Origin: Chrysomallon squamiferum | Lineage: Eukaryota; Animalia; Mollusca | NCBI GenBank assembly: GCA_012295275.1 | Contig: CM022667.1 | Coordinates: 20,646,001 to 20,710,000 of the forward strand | Length of the DNA stretch: 64,000 nucleotides | Reading direction: 5' to 3' | Shown: positions 48,995 to 62,056 of the stretch, one piece after another | How the letters are laid out: each line of letters starts with the position of its first letter | Numbering within the stretch: the stretch's first letter is position 1 | The notes under the pieces: model-generated | What the model was told of the DNA's origin: nothing | The model's database searches: none | The model's input: only the letters and a program-made list of their open reading frames with translations | Translations under genes and position numbers: made by a program

Positions 48995-50962
48995 TTTTTT
49001 TATTTATTTATTTATTTATTTATTTATCTTCGTATTTATTTATTTATTTATTTATTTATCTTCGTATTTTTATTTTTGTTTTCTAAATAAGAACTCTTGT
49101 TTCTAACGATGTAGTTATTACTGTAACTAAAGGTCAGAGATCTGTCCAGAGAAAAAGTTATTAATGTTTGGAGCTGGTGTTCAATCTGCTGGAGAGGACT
49201 GAAGTTTTCTTGTGTTATCACATCTATCTGCCGCCAGCTCGGATGTAATTTTACAGCTGAAGAACAAAGGGCAAGAATTGATGACAATGTCGGAATTGTA
49301 TTACAATACACATCATTTGGCCCGTCTTCGCGAAAAGACAGTGAATTAACACGCGAGCCGTCCTTACATCAAACGTCGTACATGTCTTCGTCGGCGCTTT
49401 GTGTTCGCGGCTGTCAGGCGTCTTTGATTAAATTCACCACCGACATTTCGTTGCAAAGATATTCCGTCAGTATTTCTGAATGTAATCAGAGAAAAACGAC
49501 AGAAAAGTAATTCTCGAAATAATAATGACTCAATTACGAGCGAAGGTAAAGACGTTTACTAGAATTAAAAGAATGTCGTGGAAAGATCTTTAATCAATAC
49601 ATGAATGATCATTTCGGAGGTTTTTTTTCCTTTATTTTCATTAATATTAACTCGACAAAACAAATGGATTAAAATCTCGCGTTACTTCAGTAATCTACAG
49701 TCATGTAGATCTTCTGTCTATGGTAACGTTACTGGATACAAATAACAATTAATTATTATATTAGTTTATGTATATTCTCTCAGTAATATATACAAATGGA
49801 AATTGTTTAATTATTTTATTTTATATGTTTTACTGTTTGTATTATCTATGTTTTGAAATATGTAAGTCATTTACATTGAAATAATTATTATCTAAAACAC
49901 AAATGTTATTATTTTATTATATTCATTTTTAGGATATTTTCTGGAGGAGGCAACAACTCAAGATGAGTTTTCGCATTTGTTTCCTGCAGAAAATGACTGT
50001 CTCAGTAAATAACAAAAAAACTCTTGCTGACTTCCAGAAAGACAGTTTCCGAAGCAGTTTTCTTTTTTAAACGTTATTAAAAAGTTACATTTGACACTTA
50101 ATACATTAAACAAATGTCCATTTGCGTCAGTATGTTAGAAGTCAAACAGCATAAATAAATAAAAAGATACCGTCATAAAATTGAAAATGTTATCAGACTG
50201 TCCCATGGGGCATGAAACTTCATAAATCTTTAAACAACTAATAGAGAGAACAAAACACATGATAAATATATGAACGTGACATCCGCACATAACTTATCAA
50301 ACAGGGCAGAGCGCGAATTTCTCTGTACGTTTTCATTACCCGTTAAATTAAACTCTGAACAACAAACGAGTAAAAAAAAAAAAAAAAAAAAAAAAATAGT
50401 CAGTAGTGGAAACGTTGATGACTATGACAATGCAGAAGTAATTAATGACATCAGGAGAAGCAACGTACAGTGAAATTGTTACTGTAAGTGAGCAAGTAAC
50501 ATTAGACAGATGTCGTGAAAATGGTGACGTAGAAGTAAAAGGGACAATGGAAGAAGGTGATACGTGGAATCAGTGCCACGTTACGCTCACTACAGTGGTT
50601 GTTATCCCCTCACACCACGTCTCCTCGCTGTCTGTCTGACAGCGCGGCGGCGTCTTCAGACCTCTCGTCTCGCGCGCGTCAAGTAAACTAATTAGTGAAA
50701 TACGTTTTGTCCTTTAGTTTCTGACTTACTGCATGGTGTAACTGTCAGTGCAAGCACACTGGCTCTGAACAGATTGTAGTGCATCAAGCATTAATGCCGT
50801 TATTCTTGTGGTAATATGCTGTTATATATCTGTTAAATAGTTGTGACAGGAATATAATTGTAAAACAAACCCGATAACACAAGTAATAAAAAAAAAAAGA
50901 AACTTAAGTCACTTGAATATAGAGTTGTCGTAGCCATTTTAGTATATTTATTATACTTTTAA

Positions 50963-51005
<43 letters not shown>

Positions 51006-52158
51006 GTGATGATGATGAGATCATAATAATAATGATAATAATGGGAATCAGTCAAACATTATTATACAAAGGATATTTATTATTAGATGTAACTAGATGT
51101 TATAAAACGACGCGGGAAAGCAGCTAGAAATGTTTTATGTTCAGTGTCACTCTGAGAAGAAATGATGACCCCGTCAAACTAGCAACAAAAAATCTCTCTA
51201 ACATCCTAGATTATTTCCCTTTGACATAATCACCGTTTAGCACGGCTGACGAAATTTGCATACATTGGTTATCTTATTTGGAAAACACCCATTGACCAGA
51301 ATGTGTTAATATTATTTTTTCTTTAATCTGAGTAGTGGTCGGCTGAAATCCCAAGCGAATTGGAGGCAAGGAATACGGAGGAGAATAAATTAAATAATTA
51401 GATTTTGACCAACTGGCAAAATTGCTGAGATCTCTAATTAGTTACTAAATCAATTATCTAACACCTGCTGGGTAAATATCGCACAAAACGCGATAATCTA
51501 ATTTCTGTGTGGTTTGTCCCCACTGAGACAGCGGTTAATTTGTCAAAGATGATGTTTCAGTGGTTAATGTCTCATAATTCCGCGGAGATATAATAAAACT
51601 ATTTACAAATATTCATAACGCAAGCGCAGATCGCGCTGCTGTTCAGTGATGTTGCCTTGTGTCAGCATCACTTATTATCTTTTTTATTTTATCTGCTGAT
51701 GATGTTATTTGTTTAATAATGATATCGCTATTGTTACTATTATTATTAGTGTTATTATTATTATTATTACTATTATTATTATTATTTTTATTATTATCTG
51801 GATTAAAAATCAAATGTTGGTATTATTTGTTTCAATATAATTTTTTATATTCTTATTATAAAACATCATAGAAATAAATAAATAAATGGAGATAAATGGA
51901 GATAACAACAACAGTAATAATATAATATATTATAATATTATTGTTATTACGTTGTTATACTTTTAGTACTATTAATATTTAAACTACCTTACAATATGTA
52001 TTATTTGTACAAGATGGTTCATTCATTTTATTTCATAATACAGATTTCATTTTAATTCAATTTATTTACATATCCATACATTTTTTTTTAAATTGACTTT
52101 ATTATACAAAATGTATTTTATCTTGCTGTTTTTTTTTAAAAAGTCTTATGAACAATTT

Positions 52159-52178
52159 AATAATAATAATAATAATAA

Positions 52179-52209
<31 letters not shown>

Positions 52210-52235
52210 AAGAAGAAGAAGAAGAAAAAAGAAGA
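52159..52235. repeat. Compound (AAT)n(AAG)n microsatellite; representative of dozens of (AAT/ATT)n, (AAC)n, (AGT)n and (AAAT)n runs in the window
   Basis: Direct inspection. Confidence 0.9.
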
Positions 52236-54113
52236 AAAGAAAAAGTTGCTATAGTTACAGTAGCCATAATCCAAAAAAAATAAATAAAATAAAAACAAAT
52301 TATATTTGTGACAAAATGTAAGTATGAGTGTGAGACAAATCCAAGGCGTTGAAGTTTAATGTTATGAATGGCAGATGCTGTGGACCCACGCGATACGATG
52401 ATGCTTGCCAGAGTCGTTGCTCATGTGTTCTACGCGGGTTCATCGCTAAAGGTTGCTGCGGTTGGACGAGTGGAAGACGCGGCGCCTGAACGAACCGAAA
52501 ATCCGCACCTGGTTAGCGCGTTCTAGATAGAACAATTAGCTCGTTACAACGTTTGTTTATCACCGGCCCGATAACTCCGCGCAGTCCACATGCAGTCTCG
52601 TCATACTTAGACTCGTACAAATCCCTTTCCTGTGTAGCAGCATAAATCAAATGAATGAATAAAATGGCAGTGAAAAAAGGTGACTCTAAATATCAGAATT
52701 CATATAGGCCTACTTGCACATAAAATAAGCAAATAAAAAAAGGCCAATATAAATTTATATAAATCTCTCGAATCAATAATTTAATAATTAGTTCAATAGC
52801 AAAAAAAAAAAAAAAAAAAAAAAAAATAATAATAATAAAAAAATTAACAGACCCCCAAAACCCAACAACCCCCCAAAAAACAACAAATAAACAGCACCCA
52901 AAAACCTCAAAATAAGTAAAATTAAATAAAATTCATTTTTAATTTCCATAACATAAATCATCATAAACAGACTTACAAAATTACAAGACAAAAATTGTAT
53001 TAGATGCAGTAGATTAAAATTAATAAATATTTGTAAATATGGATAGACTTTATCAGACAGCAAAAAAAATAAAATAAAAAATAAATAAAATAAAATAAAA
53101 TAAAAATAAATTAATAATACCAATAATAATAATAAAGAAAGAAATAAAGAAAAATAAAGAAAGAAATAAAGAAAGAAAAGAAAAGAAAACCAAATCAAAA
53201 ATTATTCTACCAGTAAATTAGTAAATTTTTTGTTACAGACATATTACATACTGGAGATAATTAGTGACATATTTTGGAGACTTAGTATTATATAAAATAA
53301 TGCATTCAAACGTATTTTGTGATATAAAACAAAAATCAGTAGATATATTAAAGTCTTATCATATTATACTCTGAAATATGTTAAAATTAAGTAACCTGAA
53401 GAATATATATTTGATAATAATACAAATAGATGGCATGCCAGTTTTTTCGTATTTTCACAGTTCTTTTTTTTATTTAGTCCATTCTTTACAGGTGCCCTTT
53501 TTTACCGATGCCATTTTATCCTGCACCTATCCTTACCCACACAATATATATATATATATTAATAACGCACGCAGGTATTAAAAATGTATTTTTTTCTACA
53601 CACAGAATAACACATACAGTGTCGTGTGTATAAAATCACTGAGGGTAATACTTTCTTTAATGTCATCACGGTTGCGACCTCGCTAATTCGACACACAGAG
53701 AGCGCTCACGCTCCACGGAGACAACATGGCTGCCACACGATGGACTGGCTCCAATAACAACTTCACGGACAATTGACAAGCCCCATCAATTTGACGTGAC
53801 GTGATCCTCAACTGACGAGAATGTCGTCTCCAGACTCGGCTTCACCTTTATTCTCACCTTTGTATGGAAACGAGGTGTCAATTAGTAAACTTCAAACGTC
53901 TGCAGCACGACCACGTGCACGACCAGAACGTCTGAAACGCCAGCCCAGCATTTCCTAATAAAATATTCAGACGGGTTTGCTTTACGCAGCAGATTCTGAT
54001 GACGCTTGTAGTTTTGGTTAAAAGGAATTTTTTGTTTTTTTCTGAAGCTAAAATATTTAGCTTTTGTTGTTTTGTGATGAGATAGTGATCATCCGAATAA
54101 TTTGTTAACCTCG

Positions 54114-54149
<36 letters not shown>

Positions 54150-56677
54150 AATAAAAAATTAATAATAATAACAAGAAGAAGAAGAACAACAATTACAACA
54201 ACAATAATAATAATAATTTAAAAAATAACAGTAATAGTAGTAGTAGTGGCAGTAGTAGTAGCAGTAATAGCAATAGTAATATATTAATAACTAATAAATA
54301 TAGAATCTTTTTCCTTTTTCAGTGAATATTTTGTTGTCTGTTCTTTTTTAACGCGATAACTGGTGCTTTTAAGTTACAGAGGAATTAGGTGTTTGAAATT
54401 CCACATACCGACAGCTGAAAAGATTTAAACCTAATACATTAGTCAGAGAAATTACCTAGTCTGGACTCTCGTTTTTCGTAGTTACGGCCAATTAATAACT
54501 TTACCAATACAAAGATATCAAGCTTCACCATGGTCTTTACAGCTAACACAAAAATAACAACTTACACATGTAAATGGCTTGCAATTGTGTAAGCAATCTG
54601 TTTTTGCGTCATTTTAAACTTATTTACTGGGCTCATAACACACGAACGAATTAGAGTCTTTGATGCTGCCTGACACGATATATTGGCATTAGAATTACAC
54701 CTGGCGTCGTCACAGACTGGGCGATTCCCGATAACGTGGCAGTAAGTGTTTGCAGACGTCCCGCGGAAACCCGACTCTGCACCACAGGGGCGAACTGCGC
54801 GCACAGACAGTAAACTTTAAACAACATTTTCAGTTGTGAAATTCTGGGACTTTTTTTTATGACCACTTAATGACTCACTGAATGCGTTTGTAAATTTCAG
54901 ATTATGATCATAGCCTTTCTCAATAAAACTGTTATTTATATGTTTTCACCTTCTGTCCCTCTACCAGTTCGTAGCGTCAGTGATAGAATATTTTAATATG
55001 ATATGATTATGATATGATATGATATCGTCAATATTACTGTTCGATTTAGCAAAAGAATATAATTTTTTTATTTTGTTCTTCGCGCTGAAGGAGTTACTGA
55101 AATTGTTTTATTGTAATCAGTTGCATCTCTGCGATGTGCTAGGAATAACCAAAAAAAAAAAGATGAAAAATTGTTTGTGCTCCATTTTATTACAACTGAT
55201 GATCAGGCAGCCCAGCTGCACTCATCATCTTCAATGATTTGTTAGACCATTTTTCTGTACGTCATTCTTGTAGTCAGCAGGCGAAAACCCTCCTCCTGTA
55301 TCTCACAACTCGAGGTCAATATTAAGTCATTCTGAAATCACAAAAATCAATTGCAGAAACCTTCTTCGTTTTGGACAACTGTCAGGCAATTTACGAGCTA
55401 TGACGACCGATAAATATCACATGACCCTCATTTAACTTGGAGAATGTTAACGCATATTGTCAGTTAGTTATAGACAAGAAACAAATGACGATGATAAAAG
55501 TCTGATTATTGGACAACTTCAAGAGTGTGAAACTGACGAAGACGCTTTTTCGATGTTCTGACCTTGTCGAAAGCTTGACCTTAGTGCCAGCCATTTGAAT
55601 CAATCTTCGCGTCCGCACGAGACGAAAGTCAGATGCAATTTATCTCCTCGTTTGTAGACTAGTTAGTGTACACTCACCGAGCGCAGACCGTTCTAATTAA
55701 TCATTGTTATGACGTCATCGTTTCCGGAAATGACGTATAATCAAACGAATAGAGATAATTAATGTTCAACTGTCCATAATAATTATTCTATCATTTAAAG
55801 ACTTTTTATTATTATTATATTTTTTTTCTTTATTCGCAAGGAAACTAGCAGCTCGTCAGACTGAACATTCTTCAGTATTAGACAGAAACTGTGTAAGCAA
55901 AGCGCGCAGAAGGATGTTGGAATGATGGAAGGAAGGAAATGCAGGCAGAACCAAAATGAAAGTGACAAGTTATTCTTCCTAGCCTACAAATGTAATCAGG
56001 TGTAAAATGTGCTGGCCACATCCTCTGATATCGCTGGCAAATTCTCATTACCATGACAATCACTCACCGACCAAGTGTGAAAACGCGTTTGTCATTTCGA
56101 GCGGTAGAAAATCCCGCCAAGTGAAGCAACGATGTCTTTATTTGACCATGTTGAGCGTGGGTCGCGCTTTCCGCAGTTGTTTTCACACGTTGTTTGACAA
56201 AATAAATCAGTGCTCAACCGCCACTGACATTTCGATTACACACGTCGCTGCATTTGAATTGTTATTTTATTAAACCGTTGATATTGTTCATTTCCTAAAG
56301 GTTTCACGCAAACATTAAAAAGCGAATGTAAGTCGGCAGATCGTACATTTTCCATCACATCATCAGCGTTTGTTGTAAGTTTGTTCTTCATTCACGAAAT
56401 AAGTAGTGAACTTAAATACAATCAGCCCGGCAGTAACTCGAAGATAGACATTTCTCTCTTATAATTCTTTTCATACCAATCGATCTACGACCCATTAGAC
56501 TGCTTCTCAATCCAGAAATCAATATTAGCGTAATAAATGGAATATTTTAAAACAAAATATTAGAAATAATAATTATATTACAAACAAACATGCAAATATA
56601 TCAGTATTTACTCTTTAATAGTTAAGAACAATAAAAAAAAATAAATAAATGAATGAATGAATGAATAAATAAATATA

Positions 56678-56725
<48 letters not shown>

Positions 56726-57639
56726 ATTAATTAATAAATAAATAAAATGTATTTTTTATTCTAATTAAAATGACAAAATTGTCCTATAAATAAAGTTTAA
56801 AAAAAGAAATATTATTTTTCTTTATATTTATAAAAATTATACTTTTGTAACTTTCTTTATGCTCTTAAAGCTACTTACAGCCTTAATGTACGGAATAAAA
56901 ATAATCTCAAAACTGATAAATATATATATATATATATATTATTAAAAAAATAATAATAAATGGAAATTTTAAATTTTTTCTCTTAAGCAGAGTTTGACGA
57001 CTATAATAACGAATTTACTGAGATTTGTTCTGTGTTCTGTTTATCTAAATGAATTTTAAAATATAAAATAAATAAAATACTCTCAACTAAATAAATAACA
57101 AATAAATTCAAATGTGAAAATTAAAAAAAATAATAAAAAGAAAAGAAATCAAACGTAAATTATATAAATTAATGAGTGGTGATGTAAATAAATAAAAACA
57201 AAATTAAAATAATTTTATAATTAAATACTTATCGTAATGTAAAATATAAAATAGTTTGTCACATTAACACAACTAACAATCTAACATAATAACTCGCAAT
57301 GTTATTAAAAGTGTTTTACCTTTTCCGACTGGCAACATTCGTTTGCACCGTTTTTGTTTTTCATTCCTTTTTTTCTCGTTTTTTAAATGTTTGACAAATA
57401 TCATTTTGTACAATAAATAAATTATCAAAATCTACGACAGCTACTTCACCATCATTAAAGGAAGAGCAACAAAGAACAACAAACACAAAATTAACATTTC
57501 CATGATGTTGTCGCATTAGTTTTATTAACATACGGGTTTATATAATTAACGTTTTTATACAATCCATTCAAAAATTATTTCGAATAAAGTCTGGTATTTT
57601 GGATATCTTGAAAGACACATAATTTTATGAAATATTACA

Positions 57640-57998
57640 TCACAATAGTTTCTCTTCAACATCGGGGGAGTCAGCAGGTTTCAATTTGTCACGTGACTGA
57701 TACGGATGATATCTGTTTAATCCAAAATAAGAACTATTTTTGCTCAGTGTTTCTGCGCTCATTGGTCCGATGCTTTCAGACACGTCCCTCATTGGGTACC
57801 CCGCCCCGAGACCCACAGGCTGGAATCCTAGTCCAGGAAACGGCAATCCCGAGTTAAATCCCAGAAATCCGCCGTACAACGTGTACAAGGGGCGAGGTGT
57901 GAAAGCACCAGAGCCCATCATCGTTGAACACAATGGCCGCCATATTGACCAAGTAGACGAAGGATAAATATTTGGTTTTTCACTGTTGGAGTTTTCAT
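57640..57998 (-). CDS. TBX20: Tbx20 copy B terminal exon ([12 protein letters not shown]...LNRYHPYQ...EEKLL*)
   Basis: ttctcacAG acceptor in phase 1; Pro/Gly-rich tail with RYHPY; TGA stop. Confidence 0.85.
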
Positions 57999-58520
57999 CT
58001 GTGAGAATAAAACAAATAAAACGCAATAAAATAAATGATACAAATTACAGGCTTATTTCCAAATCCGATACAAATAAATCTGTGCAAATATATAAAATAA
58101 AACGCAATAAAAGTATAAATAAAATTAAATGATACTAATTACATCTTATTAACAAATCGGACGTCAAAGGGAACTAACTGCCTACTGGTCAAGTTGCTCT
58201 TCATATAAATGACCTTAAAATTTTAAGTAATAAAAACATTGTTTTCTGTTTCCTTATTTTACACTTCATTGTCTTAAATAAAAAAAGATGAAAAAAAAAA
58301 TTAAAAAAATGTCAAAGTGAAATATAATAGTAGTTTGTAACAATAGAAGTTATAATATTAGTAATACCAATAGTAACGGTAGTAGCAGCAGGCATAATAA
58401 CAGTAGTAATAATAACTGCATTGGAATTTAAGCTAGCAGTTATATCAGTGACAGTAGTTCGTTATTATGCATAACATATAAATGTAGTACTATAGATCTA
58501 GTTGTGGTTGATATATATAT

Positions 58521-58568
<48 letters not shown>

Positions 58569-60744
58569 TTAGATAGACAGACTGTTTCAGATACAGATGT
58601 AATTATAATAGGATAGGTTGCACTGTAAAGTATTTCACCTTTTGCCAGTAACATTTCTCTGTGTCTCATCAGCATGTCCTCACAGTCGACGTCGGAGTAG
58701 GACCTGATGGGCGACCTCGCGTACGTGTGTTGATGTAGTAAACTCTCCATGCTTTCTCTGAAATTAGGACTGCTGAACCGTAATACAAACACTTCTACGT
58801 AACACACAACGTTATAAATATCAATAAATATGTAACTATAGATATAAATAAATATATTACATAATAAATAAAAATAAATATATAAAATAATAAACATAAA
58901 TAAATACATAACATAATAAATATAAATAAATAACATTATATACGTCAACAATTATATATCATTATAAATATAAATAATATAAATAAATATAACAACATAG
59001 TAAATATAAATAAATATAACAATAAATATAAATAAATACATAACATAATAAATATAAATAAATATATAACAACGAATATAAATAAAAATATAACATTATG
59101 ATGATTTACTTACAATGTGGAACACAATTATACATCACAAATATCGCTAAATCGCTAAACATACATATTAAGTAAAAACTATTTACATCACGATCGTATT
59201 AAAATAGCTAGCTATAAAATATAATTTTAGCTATGGATATTAGGTGAAATAGAAAAATAATTTAAGGTAAGAATATAGGTGTGTAACACACCTCTAAAGT
59301 ATACACAGTTCTGCAGTTTATGCTATTAAAAATTACAAAAATAAGAAATTATCTGACAGTGTTTACTGTTTAAAAATACCTTTCAAATTCCGTGAGTCTC
59401 GTTGAATCTCTGAAACCTTTAGCAAATGGGTTACTGTCAATTTTCAGCTTCGTTATCTGTAAATATATGTAATACCAATTTAATATCTTCTAAAGTAACA
59501 GAGTTTACCGTCAAATTTAGTAAAATCTGCCAGACGAAAATAATTTAATTATGAAAACAATAGATATATAAAAAAAAAAAGAGAAAGAATTCCACACGAT
59601 ATAAACATATAAATCAATAAATAAGAAGTCATAAATATTAATTAATAAATCAGTAACTAACAGTTACACGAATATAAAAATAATAAAAAAAAATAATATA
59701 TATATATTTCTTGTTAGACATGAATAGTAGGTGATACTGATTTTATTTTAAATTTCTCAATGATTCATTACTAATAAAAATATTGAATCTAATAATAAAT
59801 AAGTTATCACGTGGAAAAATATAAAATGTAGTTTAAATACTTGGTTTGTGTGAAAGTGTGTATTTGCATGTGGGTATTTGTTGTGTGTAAAAATTACGAT
59901 ATTTGACTTACAAGCTGGTTCTGGTACGCTGTCACAGCTATGAATACTGTTTCTGTAAAAACAAAAGTTCTGCACTCTTCAGCGTCGAGAGATGAAAATG
60001 TCTGTTGTGTAGCAGATGTGTCTTTTTTCTTCACAATGTGAATACGAGGCTGATATTTGTGCATTGAGTTGAGAATTATCTGTTAATGATACATTTATAT
60101 TTTGTAAGCATTATATAATTCCACATTTATGCAGCCTAACACAAAATTCCAGCGATAAATAATAACAATAACAACAATTTAAACAGATACACTTTTGTTT
60201 GGAGAAACAAAAGAAAAATTAAAACAGGAGAATGCAAACGTGAGAATAGACTAAACAAAATTATCCTATCTCCTCAATTTTAAATATGTCCTTTTATGTA
60301 GTAATCTCGTAATTTGAGAATTTCAGATAAAATTCACTGAATAGAAAAGTTAATTGTCACTGTCGACTAATTTTAGAGAACCATTTAATGATACAAATCT
60401 GAGAGAAAAAAGAACGTTAAATATTTTTATTAAGATAGATTTGTGTTGGAAAAAATAAAGAATAATATATATCTTAAAATTAGGACACATATATATCACA
60501 AATTAGTTAATTAATTAATTATTTATATATTTTAACTTGGTTTATTTTAAGATGTTATTTGTGTTCTAAACGTTTATTTCTCTTCACATCTTTTAAATTT
60601 CTTAATCTTCATATCAATATCAATAAAATAAAAGAAATCACATATAAAATAACAAAATAATAACATCGGTCACCAATAAATAAGTATAAAATGAATATAT
60701 ATATATATTTTTTTTTCATAGTAAATAACGGTAATAAAACAAAA

Positions 60745-60786
<42 letters not shown>

Positions 60787-61153
60787 TTTTCCATTGTTAA
60801 TAAGGATAATAAAACTGTTTATGATTAATTAGCACGCTCCAAGAGGCACTTGTGATGGACACTACTAGTGGACACTTACGTGGCCCGTCTTGTCCAGCAT
60901 GTTGTTTGTGAGTTTGACTTTCTCGAAGGACACTGTCTGCTTGTGGAGCTGCTCGCCCGTGAACGGACTGTCTGGGTGGACATAAAACCGGGAGGGGAGG
61001 GGCGGGTCAGCTTTCCCCGCCACCAGCCACGATGAGCGGTGATACGCATAGCGATATCGTTTGTTGTCTACGGGAACTATGTCCATCAGCACCAGGTACT
61101 TCGCGCCGGGCTCGAGTCCCGTGAACGACACCCGTAATGTAGGAAACATCCGT
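57640..61153 (-). CDS. TBX20: Tbx20/H15/midline copy B, 5'-partial; join(60880-61153, 59912-60079, 59380-59456, 58639-58757, 57640-57998); upstream exons not found in the window
   Basis: GT..AG introns at the same positions and phases as copy A; T-box and [21 protein letters not shown], close to vertebrate TBX20 as recalled. Confidence 0.93.
58639..58757 (-). CDS. TBX20: Tbx20 copy B exon ([40 protein letters not shown])
   Basis: Tbx20 post-box motif; tttcAG acceptor, G|GTGAA donor, phase 1. Confidence 0.9.
59380..59456 (-). CDS. TBX20: Tbx20 copy B exon ([25 protein letters not shown])
   Basis: 77 nt as in copy A; ttacAG acceptor, AG|GTATT donor. Confidence 0.95.
59912..60079 (-). CDS. TBX20: Tbx20 copy B exon ([56 protein letters not shown]); not in the ORF track
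   Basis: Manual translation; aacAG acceptor, GTAAGT donor; 168 nt. Confidence 0.95.
60880..61153 (-). CDS. TBX20: Tbx20 copy B exon ([10 protein letters not shown]...[13 protein letters not shown])
   Basis: T-box core; aacAG acceptor, GTAAGT donor; 274 nt. Confidence 0.96.
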
Positions 61154-61283
61154 CTGTTAAAACAAATCGTATGTGATTTTAATTCCTTTTATTTTACTAT
61201 TTATTTTTATTTTTATTTTATAATATTTTATATATATATATATATATATAAAAATATATATTTATATATATATATATTTATTA

Positions 61284-61323
<40 letters not shown>

Positions 61324-61750
61324 GGGCTTGTTAAATAAAAAAAAAAAAAAAAAAAAAAAAAAACAAGGTAATTAAAAATTTTCATTATAATTACCAAGAA
61401 AATAACCTATAATTGAAATATAATAATAAAATATTATATTATAATAGTAAAAGGATTATTAAAGAAATAAAATTTAGAGTAATAATAATAGATATTAAAT
61501 AACAATAACATTTCATATTTCAAAAATTTTAATAACGAAACTCAGTAATCAATAAACAACTGAATTATAAATCAGTGAAGTAATTATTTGAGGTTATATT
61601 TTATGCGTAAAACTGTGAAGAAACATATTTAAGGAATATTAGATAACATGCGTGTTTACTTCTATCTATGCTTTTGTCAGTGTTCACATTTGTCTATCAA
61701 TTTCAGTCTTCACGTCTATCTGTCTACCTGCTGTCTGGTTATTTATGCCT

Positions 61751-62056
61751 ATCTATTGTCAGTGTGTTCACGTCTGTCTATTGTCAGTGTGTTCACGTCT
61801 GTCTATTGTCAGTGTGTTCACGTCTGTCTATTGTCAGTGTTTTCACGTCTGTCTATTGTCAGTGTGTTCACGTCTGTCTATTGTCAGTGTGTTCACGTCT
61901 GTCTATTGTCAGTGTGTTCACGTCTGTCTATTGTCAGTGTTTTCACGTCTGTCTATTGTCAGTGTGTTCACGTCTGTCTATTGTCAGTGTTTTCACGTCT
62001 GTCTATTGTCAGTGTGTTCACGTCTGTCTATTGTCAGATTGTTCACGTCTGTCTGT
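61751..62056. repeat. 25-bp minisatellite (tgtcagtgtgttcacgtctgtctat), about 12 near-identical copies, in the intron upstream of the first visible Tbx20B exon
   Basis: 25-nt periodicity with mostly a single g/t variant; degenerate flanking copies to about 61675 and 62140. Confidence 0.95.
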
